64,000 nucleotides of DNA from Pyrodictiaceae archaeon (GCA_027036135.1 JALVSY010000007.1:1092880-1156879), one strand, 5' to 3'; shown: positions 50,773-61,331, counted from the first letter of the stretch. Notes: generated from the letters alone by a model not told the origin. Made by a program: numbers and translations.

Positions 50773-51617
50773 TGGCTATGGGGCGTGTACTTCGATTCGC
50801 TCATACACCCGACCCCGACGACGCGTATATGTTCTATGGCCTAGCTGTTGGCGCTGTAAGGGTTCCCGGGTTTAGCCGCGTCGAGCACATTGTTGAGGAC
50901 ATAGAGACGCTTAACAAGAGGCTCGTCGAGGAGGGATGGGTTGTAGAGGTTTCTGCTGCAAGCGCCCACGCCTACGCCTACATAGCGGATAGGTACTACT
51001 TGATGAGGAGCGGGGCGAGCATGGGCGAGGGCTATGGACCAGTACTGGTCTCCAAGGAGGAGCTTAGCGGCCTAAAGGGCAAGAGGGTGGCTGTGCCGGG
51101 GAAGTATACTAGCGCGCGTTTACTCCTCCTACTAGCTACTGGCGGTGGCTACGAGGAAGTCTTTGCCCGCTTCGACGAGATACCTGGCATGGTTCTACGA
51201 GGAGAGGTTGACGCGGGGCTATTGATACACGAGGCGCAGATAACCTATGAGGAGATGGGGCTAAGGCTCGTACTAAGTCTATGGGATTGGTGGAGAAGCA
51301 CAGTAGGCAACCTACCAATGCCACTGGGCGTCGATGTCGTCTACAAGGGGCTTGGTGAGGAGACTGCTAGGGCTATACGGGAGGCTTTGCAGGAGAGCAT
51401 AAGGTATGCTTGGAGAAACCACCGAGACGCCCTAGTCTATGCCTCTAGGTACTCCCGTGGGGCCTCGCTGGACCAGCTAGACAGGTTCGTGAAGATGTAT
51501 GTTAATGAGAGAACACTGGACATGGGCCAGGAGGGGATTAGGGCACACCAAGTCCTCTACGAGATGGCGTGGGAGAGGAGGCTCATACCCAGCCCCGTTG
51601 AGCCAGAGATAGTATAG
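50772..51617 (+). CDS. mqnD: 1,4-dihydroxy-6-naphthoate synthase
   Basis: HTPDPDDAYMFY, DIETLN, SMGEGYGP, LIHEAQ, PMPLG, MYVN. Confidence 0.92.
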   Translation: MAMGRVLRFAHTPDPDDAYMFYGLAVGAVRVPGFSRVEHIVEDIETLNKRLVEEGWVVEVSAASAHAYAYIADRYYLMRSGASMGEGYGPVLVSKEELSGLKGKRVAVPGKYTSARLLLLLATGGGYEEVFARFDEIPGMVLRGEVDAGLLIHEAQITYEEMGLRLVLSLWDWWRSTVGNLPMPLGVDVVYKGLGEETARAIREALQESIRYAWRNHRDALVYASRYSRGASLDQLDRFVKMYVNERTLDMGQEGIRAHQVLYEMAWERRLIPSPVEPEIV

Positions 51618-51662
51618 CTCTCGTGGTGTGTTCAACCAGTTTTGTTCCTGGGACAGGCTTTT

Positions 51663-51689
51663 GAGTCTCAGACTCTAGAGTCTGTACTC
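51663..51689. promoter_or_regulatory. array of GAGT/ACTC inverted half-sites with 16-bp palindrome CAGACTCTAGAGTCTG
   Basis: Perfect palindrome at 51669-51684; alternating GAGT/ACTC just upstream of the ATPase start. Confidence 0.45.
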
Positions 51690-51700
51690 TGGGGCCTGTT

Positions 51701-53101
51701 TTGGGCGAATTCGTTGACCGGAGAGAGGAGCTTCGGTGGCTGGACGAGCACTGGGGGAGCAATAGAGCCGAGCTATTACTGGTCTATGGCCGTAGACGTG
51801 TTGGTAAGACGCGACTAGTATGGGAGTGGATGCGCGGCAAGAGAGTATTCTACTTCGTTGCCGAGGAGGTTCCGGAGCAGAGGCTTCTCGAGAGGCTTAG
51901 TAGGGAGCTAGCAGAGTTCACTGGGGACGAGCTCCTAGCTGAGAGACCCTTTACTAGTTGGCGGCAAGTCTTCCTCTACCTAGCTAACATAGCGAGAAGC
52001 GAGAGAATAGGCTTCGTCATAGACGAGTTCCAGTACGCAGCCACTACGAGCCCCGGGCTCTTATCAACGCTACAAGCTATCTGGGACACCAGGCTTAGCA
52101 ATACAAGGGCCTATATGCTGCTAATGGGTAGCCTGGTCTCCTTCACCGAGGGAGTACTCTCAGCCCGAAGCCCGCTCTACGGCAGACTAACCGGTGTCAT
52201 GAAGCTACAGCCACTTGGCCCCCTCGAGACTCGGTGCTTTGTGCCAGGCTGGAGCCCAGGCGACGCCATACGCCTATACACTGTCTTCGGTGGAGTCCCC
52301 GGCTACTTAGCGGAGATAGACCCGGGCCAAGGCCTCTGGAGCAACGTCGAGAAACTAGTACTAAGGCCCAACGCGCGATTCCTCGACGAAGCCCGCTACC
52401 TCCTACGCGAAGAGCTAAGAGAAGTTACACGCTACTACGCAGTACTAGAAGCCATAGCTAGTGGCGCGACTAGCTACGGCGAGATAGCCTCAGAGAGCGG
52501 CATACCAGGGGAGAGCCTCTCGAAGTACCTCCGCATCCTAGAGGAGATGGGGCTAGTGAAGCGCATCTACCCGGTAGTTGGGCGGGCCCGGGCCCGCTAT
52601 GTGGTAGCGGATCATTTCCTCAGGTTCTGGTTCCGCTACGTACCGAGGCACCGGGCAGCGATAGAGCTAGGCCTCTCCGAGAAAGTACTCGAGGCCATAA
52701 GGCGTGACTTCGAGGCAAGCCTAGTGCCGCTGACCTGGGAGGAGACACTGGGCCACATAGTCCTAGCCCTGGCTCGGAGAGGGGAGCTGGGCCTGGTTCC
52801 GACTAAGATGGGGCCCTGGTGGCACCGGGGTATGGAGATAGACCTTGTAGCTCTCGACGAGACCACTAAGCCCCCAAGAGTACTCGTGGCCGAGGCCAAG
52901 TGGTCTACAGTGGACCCGAGCGAGGCCAGGCACATACTAGATAAGCTGAGAGCGAAAGCCCAGCACTTACCCCTAGAGGCCTCGGAGACAAGGTACCTAC
53001 TACTAGCCAGGGAGACAAAGGGGGCGCCAAAGCTCCTAGAAAACGAGACAATACTCACCCTGAGAGACTACGATGAGCTAAGCAAAGACACATGCGGGTA
53101 A
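51701..53101 (+). CDS. archaeal ATPase with wHTH and DUF234 (PD-(D/E)XK-like) domain
   Basis: FVDRREEL, YGRRRVGKT, IDEFQY, GGVP.Y, DHFLRFWF, EIDLVA..EAKW. Confidence 0.9.
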   Translation: MGEFVDRREELRWLDEHWGSNRAELLLVYGRRRVGKTRLVWEWMRGKRVFYFVAEEVPEQRLLERLSRELAEFTGDELLAERPFTSWRQVFLYLANIARSERIGFVIDEFQYAATTSPGLLSTLQAIWDTRLSNTRAYMLLMGSLVSFTEGVLSARSPLYGRLTGVMKLQPLGPLETRCFVPGWSPGDAIRLYTVFGGVPGYLAEIDPGQGLWSNVEKLVLRPNARFLDEARYLLREELREVTRYYAVLEAIASGATSYGEIASESGIPGESLSKYLRILEEMGLVKRIYPVVGRARARYVVADHFLRFWFRYVPRHRAAIELGLSEKVLEAIRRDFEASLVPLTWEETLGHIVLALARRGELGLVPTKMGPWWHRGMEIDLVALDETTKPPRVLVAEAKWSTVDPSEARHILDKLRAKAQHLPLEASETRYLLLARETKGAPKLLENETILTLRDYDELSKDTCG

Positions 53102-53982
53102 GGGGAGCAATGAAGGAGGGGCATGGGAGCGCCTTGTGGTGTACCCCGGGGACAAGGCTCTACGGGCTCATAGGCTCGCCGATAAGACATAGCCTTAGCC
53201 CGCTAATCCACTGCACGCTCTACAAGAGGCATAGCGTAGACGCTGTCTACCTCGCCTGGGAAACGGGGCTAGATAATCTAGGGGAGAGAGTAGGGGCTCT
53301 CCGGAGCCTAGCCAGCGGCTTCAACGTCACCATACCCCTCAAGGAGAGAATCATAGAGCTATTGGATGAGCTGAGCAGGGAGGCAGGGGAGATAGGCGCG
53401 GTAAACACCGTCGATAATAGAGGCGGCAAGCTAGTCGGCTACAACACCGACTACCTCGGCGTGACAAGGTGCCTAGAGAACCACGAGCCAGAAGTAGTCT
53501 TGGTACTAGGGGCGGGTGGCGCAGCCCGAGCAGTAGTCTATGCTCTCCGCAAGCTAGGGGCCAAGAAGCTGCTAATCGCTAACCGCGGCGTAGAGAGAGC
53601 CGCTAGGCTAGCAGAGTGGGCCAATAGGCTAGGCTTGGAGGCAGAAGCACTTCCATTAACCAGGGCGCATGAGGCAGCAAAAAGGGCAGACACCATAGTA
53701 AACGCTACACCCCTCGGCAGCCAAGCCTGCTGCCCCGAGGAAGCACCCCCGGTACTAAGCGCTCTGGATAACAGCAAGCTGGTATTCGACCTAGTCTATA
53801 AGCCCATCAAGACAAAGCTCCTAAGAGAAGCTGAGAGAAAAGGAGCCGAAATAGTCACGGGGCTCTGTATGCTAATATGGCAAGCACTCTACGCCGACAA
53901 AATATGGCTAGGAATAACACCAAGCGAGGAAGACTACACTTACATAGAGAGGCTCGTAACGGAGAAGCTAGAGCCCAGCTAG
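53092..53982 (+). CDS. aroE: shikimate dehydrogenase
   Basis: HSLSP, NVTIPLK, GAVNT, NTD, GAGGAA, NATP, DLVY. Confidence 0.93.
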   Translation: MRVRGAMKEGHGSALWCTPGTRLYGLIGSPIRHSLSPLIHCTLYKRHSVDAVYLAWETGLDNLGERVGALRSLASGFNVTIPLKERIIELLDELSREAGEIGAVNTVDNRGGKLVGYNTDYLGVTRCLENHEPEVVLVLGAGGAARAVVYALRKLGAKKLLIANRGVERAARLAEWANRLGLEAEALPLTRAHEAAKRADTIVNATPLGSQACCPEEAPPVLSALDNSKLVFDLVYKPIKTKLLREAERKGAEIVTGLCMLIWQALYADKIWLGITPSEEDYTYIERLVTEKLEPS

Positions 53983-54102
53983 GTAAGCGCCAACAATATT
54001 TCCGAGAAACCCCGGCGCATTAGACACGGGGCAAAGCGGTCCCTCTGGTCTTGGAGTGCTTCGTTGCCCTCATAGGCACTAGTTTCTCCGGGGAACAAGG
54101 TA

Positions 54103-54516
54103 ATGGATCTAAATGGTGTTCTAAAGAGGATACGTGACGCGCTCAGGGCACTAGAGCTGCGCAAAGGGAGCTACATAGTCATCTTCGGAAGCATGGCTGA
54201 GGGGCGAGAGACGCCTCTAAGCGATGTAGACATACTTGTGAAGGGGATGGGGCTAGAAGAGGCGCTACGAGTCGCAGAACTCGTTGAGAAAATCACTGGT
54301 AAGAGAGCTGATATAGTGTTCTTCGAGCACGCAGGCACGGTTCTCCTCTATGAAGCCCTTAACTATGGCATATTCGTGGCCGGCGACTACGAGGCCTTCC
54401 TCCATGATAAGTGGCTCGTAACGCTTGAGTGGCTAGACTTCGCCGAGGCATATGAGAGAATGCACAGATCTTATCGAAGAAAGGTACTAGGACTGAGCAG
54501 TGAAAGCAAGGGGTGA
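54103..54516 (+). CDS. MNT nucleotidyltransferase antitoxin
   Basis: FGSMAEG..PLSDVDI. Confidence 0.85.
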   Translation: MDLNGVLKRIRDALRALELRKGSYIVIFGSMAEGRETPLSDVDILVKGMGLEEALRVAELVEKITGKRADIVFFEHAGTVLLYEALNYGIFVAGDYEAFLHDKWLVTLEWLDFAEAYERMHRSYRRKVLGLSSESKG

Positions 54517-54522
54517 TTATGC

Positions 54523-54948
54523 TTGAGACCGAGTACTAGGCGCCGCATCGACCGGGTACTGAAGGCCCTTGAGAGAATAGATAAGCTAGTAGCGATGGGC
54601 CTAGACGAGCTACTGGAGAATGAGCTTGAGCCCCTTCTTGAGCGCGAGGTAGAGGTCGTTATACAGGGCTTGCTCGATATAGGCGAGTTCATCATTTCTT
54701 ACAAGGGCTTTGAGCCGCCCAGCAAGTACAGCGATGTAGGGAGAATACTTGCAAAGCACAACGTACTGGACAAGGAGAGTGCCGAGACCCTGGTAAGGCT
54801 AGCACGGCTTCGCAACATAATAGTCCACCTCTACGCCGACATCGATTACGAGCTATTATTTGAGCACGCTAGCCAGCTACGAAGCGATGCCCGAAACATT
54901 CTCCACAAACTCATAGACTATATAGAGAGAAACAACATAGACCCCTGA
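54523..54948 (+). CDS. HepT/DUF86 HEPN ribonuclease toxin
   Basis: RLRNIIVHLY (RxxxxH) intact; downstream of MNT. Confidence 0.87.
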   Translation: MRPSTRRRIDRVLKALERIDKLVAMGLDELLENELEPLLEREVEVVIQGLLDIGEFIISYKGFEPPSKYSDVGRILAKHNVLDKESAETLVRLARLRNIIVHLYADIDYELLFEHASQLRSDARNILHKLIDYIERNNIDP

Positions 54949-54954
54949 ACTGTC

Positions 54955-55620
54955 TTAGAGTACTCCGAGCAGTCTCCATGCCTCAAGTAGTTCTCTGAGC
55001 ACGAGCTGGCCTGGGGCTACCGGCTCTCCTAGCGAGGCATAGGTGAATGGCGCGCCTATTAGTGGGGCTAGTATCCTTGATAGCCTGCCCTTCTTGCCCA
55101 TCGCGAACGCTACTATTCTTCCCTTTCTCCACGCGTTTAGCCCTAGGAGTCTCCAGTTATCAGCAAGCCTCCTAGCCATGGTGACTATCTTGGCTATGGC
55201 CGCTCCTCGCCGAATCATGTCGCCGGCATAGCTGTAGAGAACCTCGGGTGCCGGGGTCCAGCGATAATCATGATACGATACTATGACGCGTCCCCGGGCC
55301 TCTTGGAGCGCCTTGTCTAGTAATGGGAAGCGGTACTCGAGGTCTATGAGCCATGCCCTCTTGTCCAATAAGCCTAGAAGCGTAGCGAGCTTCTCCTCGT
55401 CGGGGCCCGAGTACTCTCCTCCCTCCCGCTTATCCCTCAGCGTCGCTATCACGCGGACTCCTCGCTCAGCAAGAAGCGTGACCGCTTTCTCTGCTTCCTC
55501 CCTGGTATAGCCTAGTAGGTCTAGGCGTAGCTCCACCACGCGGCAACCATGCTGCTCCACGACTCTTACTAGCTCCTCTGGCGGTGCCCTAGGCGGTATA
55601 CAGGCTACCTTCTCGAGCAT
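54955..55620 (-). CDS. aroD: type I 3-dehydroquinate dehydratase
   Basis: ELRLD, TLR..EGG, SYHD, AKI, AMG...SR, APGQ. Confidence 0.92.
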   Translation of the reverse strand: MLEKVACIPPRAPPEELVRVVEQHGCRVVELRLDLLGYTREEAEKAVTLLAERGVRVIATLRDKREGGEYSGPDEEKLATLLGLLDKRAWLIDLEYRFPLLDKALQEARGRVIVSYHDYRWTPAPEVLYSYAGDMIRRGAAIAKIVTMARRLADNWRLLGLNAWRKGRIVAFAMGKKGRLSRILAPLIGAPFTYASLGEPVAPGQLVLRELLEAWRLLGVL

Positions 55621-55621
55621 A

Positions 55622-56737
55622 TTAGTCGCCGTGGCTAGCCTCCCTCCAGGCCTCTCTAAGCCCGGCTACAGCCTCTCCCAGGTCTAGCTCTACGAGGACT
55701 GGCTTACCTATCCCCTCTAGGAGTGGTAGTAGTATTTTGTCACCCTTCCTCTTCTTATCGAGCCTTACGAGCCCGATTACCTCGCCGGGCTCGAGGCCCT
55801 TGGGAGGCCTTGTCGGGAGGCCGAGGGATGCTAAGGCGTTCTTTATCTCTTCTACCTCGTCTAGGGGGAGCCCAGTGACGCGGTGCGCAAGATAGGATTC
55901 CACGACAAGGCCTATTGCGACAGCTTCTCCGTGCCTAAGGGAGTAGCTCGTAGCCTTCTCAAGTGCGTGAGCGACTGTGTGCCCGAGGTTCAGTAACGCT
56001 CTATCCCCCCTTCTCTCCCTATAGTCCCTCGAGACAATCTTCATCTTAGTATCTAGGCTGAGACGAATCATCCTGGCGAGGACACCGTGTCTCCTAGCAA
56101 GTATTTCTTCTCTATGGCTGAGGAGCCATTCGAGGAACCATTTTCCCTCTAGGAGAGCGTGCTTAACAACCTCGGCTAGCCCCGCTATGTAGTCTCTCTC
56201 CCTCAGTGTCTCGAGGTGCTCCGTGTCAATAACGACTAGTCTTGGGTGGTGAAATGCACCGATGATGTTCTTGGCGCCGAGGTTGACGGCAGTCTTACCC
56301 CCGACGGAGGCATCAACCATGGATAAGAGAGTCGTGGGAATAACTGCCCAGTCTATTCCACGCATATAGGTAGCTGCAGCGAACCCAGCGGCGTCGCTCA
56401 CTGCTCCACCCCCATAGGCTATTAGTAGGGAGTCTCGGTCAGCCCCGCTTCCTAGTAGCCACTCCCAGAGCTCCTTGACTGTGTCAAGGCTCTTCGCCTG
56501 CTCGCCCCCAGCGATGATCCTTACAACTAGCCTCCCGGTACCCTTCAGCGCCTCCTCTGCGTCTCTCCTAAAGCTCTCTGGGAGCCCGGAGTCAGCCACG
56601 AGGGCTATGAGGGAGTAACCTGTGCCTAGGGAGCCTATGAGCCTGGGTAGTAGCCTCCGGGTGCCGCGCCCCACGAATATGTCTACTCTATGATCGTCGC
56701 TGATAACCCAGCTACTATGCTCCAGCCCGTTGCTCAT
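55622..56737 (-). CDS. aroB: 3-dehydroquinate synthase
   Basis: GGGAVSD, YMRG, PTTLLSMVDASVGGK, KNIIGAF, LNLGHT, HGEAV. Confidence 0.95.
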   Translation of the reverse strand: MSNGLEHSSWVISDDHRVDIFVGRGTRRLLPRLIGSLGTGYSLIALVADSGLPESFRRDAEEALKGTGRLVVRIIAGGEQAKSLDTVKELWEWLLGSGADRDSLLIAYGGGAVSDAAGFAAATYMRGIDWAVIPTTLLSMVDASVGGKTAVNLGAKNIIGAFHHPRLVVIDTEHLETLRERDYIAGLAEVVKHALLEGKWFLEWLLSHREEILARRHGVLARMIRLSLDTKMKIVSRDYRERRGDRALLNLGHTVAHALEKATSYSLRHGEAVAIGLVVESYLAHRVTGLPLDEVEEIKNALASLGLPTRPPKGLEPGEVIGLVRLDKKRKGDKILLPLLEGIGKPVLVELDLGEAVAGLREAWREASHGD

Positions 56738-57552
56738 AGCAGTCTCATCCCTCTTAGCATCCTCATGGTCTCCGCGAACTCGCTGAAGCTTAGCTGCTGC
56801 TTGGAATCACTAAGCGCCTTCTCGGGCTCCGGGTGAACCTCTATCATCAAGCCATGCGCCCCAGCCGCTAACGCTGCCCTGGCAAGCCACGGCACGAGGT
56901 CCCTTCTCCCAGCCGGGTGGCTCACATCAACCACTATGGGTAGCCTAGAGAGCTTCCTAATTATCGGTACAACCGTTATGTCGAGGCTGAACCTCGCATA
57001 CTCGTTGATACACCTAGTTCCTCTCTCGATGAGAGCTACCTCCTCGAGTCCCCCGGCGAGCAGGTACTCGGCTGAGCAGAGCCACTCGTTAATAGTGGCG
57101 CCGAAGTGCCTCTTAAGGAACACTGGCTTACCAGCACGTGCCAGCTCTCTTAGGAGGGGCGTGTTCTGCATATTCCTTGCCCCGACCCATATAGCGTCAA
57201 CGTACTCAGCGGCAACCGAGACGTCGCGGGGATCCATGACCTCAGTCATGACCGGTAGCCCCGTCTTATCCCCGGCTTCGCGGAGCCACTCCAGTGCCTT
57301 GACACCATGGCCCTGGAAGCTGTAGGGGCTTGTGCGCGGCTTCCAGGCACCACCCCTTATGATTACGTTCCTGAGCCCCAGCTCATCTACCAGCACCTTC
57401 CTGATTGTCCTCGCTGTCTCGAGTATCATTTCGGGGTTCTCGATGCTACAAGGCCCAGCTATTATTACGGGTTCCTCTCCCCCGACCATGGCTCTACCTA
57501 TGTGGAAGCGTACTGGCTCGCCACTTTCGCGCAAGACTCTCCGACAATCCAA
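56734..57552 (-). CDS. aroF: DAHP synthase (class I-beta)
   Basis: AGPCSIE, KPRTSPYSFQG, GARNMQN, ERG, DVSH, EVHP..ALSD. Confidence 0.93.
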   Translation of the reverse strand: MDCRRVLRESGEPVRFHIGRAMVGGEEPVIIAGPCSIENPEMILETARTIRKVLVDELGLRNVIIRGGAWKPRTSPYSFQGHGVKALEWLREAGDKTGLPVMTEVMDPRDVSVAAEYVDAIWVGARNMQNTPLLRELARAGKPVFLKRHFGATINEWLCSAEYLLAGGLEEVALIERGTRCINEYARFSLDITVVPIIRKLSRLPIVVDVSHPAGRRDLVPWLARAALAAGAHGLMIEVHPEPEKALSDSKQQLSFSEFAETMRMLRGMRLL

Positions 57553-57695
57553 GACCGATACACCCTTATACTGGTGAACCCCTGGCCTCGTTAGACCCGT
57601 GTTAGAACAGACTAGAAAAGGTTTTTACCCCTAACCAGTGGTGATATTGGATGGTTGGATCCACGGAGAAAAGACCCGCGATGAACTAGAGGAGG

Positions 57696-58511
57696 GTGTT
57701 GCCTATTGTATCGAGACTAGAACTAGTAAGGAGAATAGATAGTCTCCCCGCACAGCCCCGAGCCCAGATTCTACACCAAGTCTCCCTCCGCGCTAGGAAG
57801 AGAATCCTAAGAATGGCCTCAATAGAGAAAAGCATACACGTAGGCTCATCCCTAAGCAGCCTCGACATACTAGCAGCCATACTCATCGGCAGGGGGCTAA
57901 GGAGAACCGGGGACAAGCCAACCGAGAAGGACTGGCTAATACTCAGCAAGGGCCATGCAGTCCCAGCGCTCTACGCCCTACTAGTGGAACTAGGCAAGCT
58001 CACCGACAAAGACCTGGACACAATACGAGACATAGACGGGCTAGAGGGACACCCTGATAACGGCCTAGACGGGGTAGACGTCTCAACAGGCAGCCTTGGC
58101 CAGGGACTAAGCATCGCAGCCGGGATAGCCTACGCTATGCGCCTAGACCACACCTGGACGACTCACCGCGTCTTCGTAGTCCTAGGCGACGGGGAGCTAG
58201 ACGAGGGCCAGGTATGGGAGGCAGCAGCCACCATAGCGCACCTGGGGCTAAGCAACATAGTAGCGATAGTCGATGCAAACGGGTTCCAGCTAGACGGGGC
58301 AACCAGCGAGATCAAGAACAAGGGCGACTTGGCTCAGCGTTGGAGAAGCCTAGGGTGGAGAGTAATAGAGATCGATGGACACAACCACGAGATGATACTA
58401 GAGGCGCTCTCCGAGGCAGAGGCATCGCCACAGCCAGTAGTCATCATCGCCTACACGAGGAGGGGTAATGGGCTAGGAGTACTAGAGGCTACTGGTGGAC
58501 AGCATGTCTAG
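57696..58511 (+). CDS. transketolase, N-terminal subunit
   Basis: LSKGHA, GHP, STGSLGQG, GDGELDEG TPP motif. Confidence 0.92.
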   Translation: MLPIVSRLELVRRIDSLPAQPRAQILHQVSLRARKRILRMASIEKSIHVGSSLSSLDILAAILIGRGLRRTGDKPTEKDWLILSKGHAVPALYALLVELGKLTDKDLDTIRDIDGLEGHPDNGLDGVDVSTGSLGQGLSIAAGIAYAMRLDHTWTTHRVFVVLGDGELDEGQVWEAAATIAHLGLSNIVAIVDANGFQLDGATSEIKNKGDLAQRWRSLGWRVIEIDGHNHEMILEALSEAEASPQPVVIIAYTRRGNGLGVLEATGGQHV

Positions 58512-59469
58512 CCAGCTAGCCAGCCCAGAGAGCCTCGGAGCGATAAGGGACGCTGTGGGCAAGGCACTGCTACGCCTCGGCGAGGAGGACAAGGACGTAG
58601 TGGTATTGACCGCTGATGTCGCTAGGAGTACCCGTACTAGGTGGTTCGCCGAGAGGTTCCCAGAGCGCTTCGTGAACATCGGTATATCGGAGCAGGATAT
58701 GATAGGGTTCGCGGCAGGCCTAGCCCTTGGGGGCAAGAAGCCATACGCCGCGGCATTCGCGATGTTCATGATGAGGGCCTGGGAGCAGATAAGAAACACT
58801 GTTGACAGAATGAACCTCAACGTCAAGCTAATAGCTACTCATAGCGGGTTCAGCGACCACGGAGACGGCGCCAGCCACCAGAGCCTAGAAGACATAGCCC
58901 TCATGAGAGTCCTCCACAACATGACAGTAGTCATTCCCGCTGATCCCCCACAAGCCTACAAAGCAATCCTGGCAATCCACCGGGTCAGGGGCCCAGTCTA
59001 TCTAAGGATAGGGCGTGACTACTCGCCCCCCGTAACGGATCCCAGCGCGGAGTACAGGCTCGGAGAACTAGAGCTACTGAGAGACGGAGAGGATGTCGCA
59101 CTGGTCTCGGCTGGCCCCGTCCTAGCACATGTTGTCGAGGCTGCAAAGATGCTAGAGGCTAAGGGCCTAAGCGTTGCGGTCGCTAACCTGCACACAGTCA
59201 AGCCAATAGACGAGGCCCGTCTCGTGAGGCTTGCGCAGCGAACAGGGCTAGTAGTCGTGGTCGAGGAGCACTTCCCGAGAGGTGGGCTCTTCGGAGCAGT
59301 AGCTGAGACCCTTGCGCAGCGATACCCGGTACCCGTGGTCCCGGTAGCGGCCAAAGGCTATGGGCATAGTGCTAGGAGCGTTATGGATCTCTACGAGCGC
59401 CACGGCCTAGTAGCAGACAGTATTGCGAAGAGGGTCGTTGAGGCGGTGGAGAAGTGGCGAAAGAGGTAG
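58495..59469 (+). CDS. transketolase, C-terminal subunit
   Basis: GISEQ, RAWEQIR, DGASHQ, VKPID, EEH. Confidence 0.92.
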   Translation: MDSMSSQLASPESLGAIRDAVGKALLRLGEEDKDVVVLTADVARSTRTRWFAERFPERFVNIGISEQDMIGFAAGLALGGKKPYAAAFAMFMMRAWEQIRNTVDRMNLNVKLIATHSGFSDHGDGASHQSLEDIALMRVLHNMTVVIPADPPQAYKAILAIHRVRGPVYLRIGRDYSPPVTDPSAEYRLGELELLRDGEDVALVSAGPVLAHVVEAAKMLEAKGLSVAVANLHTVKPIDEARLVRLAQRTGLVVVVEEHFPRGGLFGAVAETLAQRYPVPVVPVAAKGYGHSARSVMDLYERHGLVADSIAKRVVEAVEKWRKR

Positions 59470-60517
59470 CTCTACCAGAGGAGTTCCTATGGCTCCGCAA
59501 GGCACTTGAGAGACTCGACGCCGTTCTCCTAGAGACTATCGCGGCGCGGCTAAACACGGTAAAGGCTATCAGCAAGGCTAAGCGCGGCGTAGGGCTCCCC
59601 GTCTACGACGAGAACCGGGAACGAGAAGCCAGAAGCAACCTGGTTGAGAAGGCTAGGAGCCTTGGACTAAGCAGGGAGCTAGCCGAGAAGCTCTACACCG
59701 TGCTTGTCCACGAGTCTAGGTGTGCTCAGCTCTACTGCCCCGAGAGACTAAGAATATACATATACGGCTACGGCAGGATGGCGCGAACCATTGCCTCGGC
59801 CCTGGCCCGGGCGGGTTGCTGGGTGGCGATAGGCGGGCGCGACGAGGAGAAGGCACGGGGGCTCGCAGAGGAGCTAGGAGCCCTAGCCATGGAGCCTCAG
59901 AGAGGGATCGACTGGGCAGACATGGTCGTCTACGCGGTGCCTGGCAGCGTGGTGCCGGGCTTGCTTGAGGAGCACTTAAGGCATGCTAGGCAGAGCATGC
60001 TCTTCACCGACCTAGCCTCGATCAAGAAACCCCTAGTAGAAAAATAGAACAGGTACTAGCGAGGACCGAGGAGCCCCCGGAGTACGCTAGCCTTCACCCC
60101 CTCTTCGGGCCCATAGAGTGCCCAGCAGGAGAGACGGTAGCGATAATACCTGTTAGGCTAGCGCGCTGGAGGGAGAAGCTAGTCCAGCTCCTACACGGTC
60201 TCGGAATGAAAACAGTAACAATAGACCCGGGTACACATGACCGGGTCATGGCTGTTAACCAGGTACTACACCACCTAGTCCATCAACTATACCACGAGGC
60301 CTCCAAGCAACTAGCAACACGACTAGGCATAGACAACGAGCTAGTAGAGAAACTAATGACCAGGAGCCTTAGACAAACAATCCAAGTAACCAACAGGCTA
60401 GCAACCCTGAGCAACGTGGTCGAGGAGATAAGGCGAGAAAACCCCTACAGCAACGAAGCACTCAAGGCACTAAGAGAAGTCGCCGAGAAGCTCACCACGC
60501 AGCTACGAGGGAGCTGA
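59454..60517 (+). pseudogene. tyrA: chorismate mutase/prephenate dehydrogenase, -1 frameshift at A run 60040-60044
   Basis: AroQ-type N-terminus, GYGRMA, DLASIK; adding one A restores KIEQ..SLHPLFGP..HDRVMA. Confidence 0.82.
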
Positions 60518-60529
60518 GAGGCCCCCAGC

Positions 60530-61331
60530 ATGCCTCGGCTACGAGTCGCCTACCTAGGCCCAAGGCATAGCTTCACACACATAGCGGCAACAAGGCTATT
60601 CCCCGACGCGGAGTACGTAGCAGCTAAGAGCATAACCGAGGTCTTTAACCTAGTTGAGAGCTACGAGGCCAGCTACGGCGTGGTGCCGCTCGAGAATAGC
60701 CTAGAGGGCCCTCGTCGGAGAGACCCTAGACAACCTAGCATCAACAATGCTGAGCATATACGCTGGGCTCGAGATGCGCATAAAACTAGTACTAGCCACT
60801 GGCTCCGAGAACCCAGCCAAGAAGCTCTACTCTCACCCCCACGCTTATGGGGAAGCATACCACAACGTAGCAAGGATACTGAGTAGCCACGAGTTCATAC
60901 CAACAACTAGCACAAGCCAGGCAGCAACCGAAGCAGCAAGGAACCATGCTTATTGCCTCTGCAGCGAACAGGCAGCGAGAAAGAACAACCTCAAAATAAT
61001 ACTGGAAGACGCCTCGACCGCACCCAACTACACAAGGTTCATCACCATAGCGTGGCACGACCAGCCAAGAAACGCCCACAGAACAATGCTAATAACAGCG
61101 CTACCAGATAAGCCAGGCTCGCTCCACGACTGGCTAGAGCCCTTCGCCAAGCGAGAAATAAACCTCAAAATGATATACTCGCGCCCAGTCCCAAGCAAGC
61201 CCTGGCACTACAACTTCTACATAGAGCTAGAGGGCACAAGACTAGACAAAAACATAGCAGAAGCACTACAAGAGGCTAAGCAAAGAAGCCTAAGAATACT
61301 AGGCAGCTACCCCTACCGCCAAGAAAGTTGA
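60530..61331 (+). pseudogene. pheA: prephenate dehydratase with ACT domain, +1 frameshift at ~60712
   Basis: YLGP..SF, VPLENSLEG; removing one base gives GPVGETLD..SHP..STS.AA..NYTRF..DKPGSL..SRP. Confidence 0.82.

Noticed and set aside
60030-60050. Programmed ribosomal frameshift in tyrA
   Set aside because: No canonical slippery heptamer or clear downstream stimulator; a simple deletion explains it
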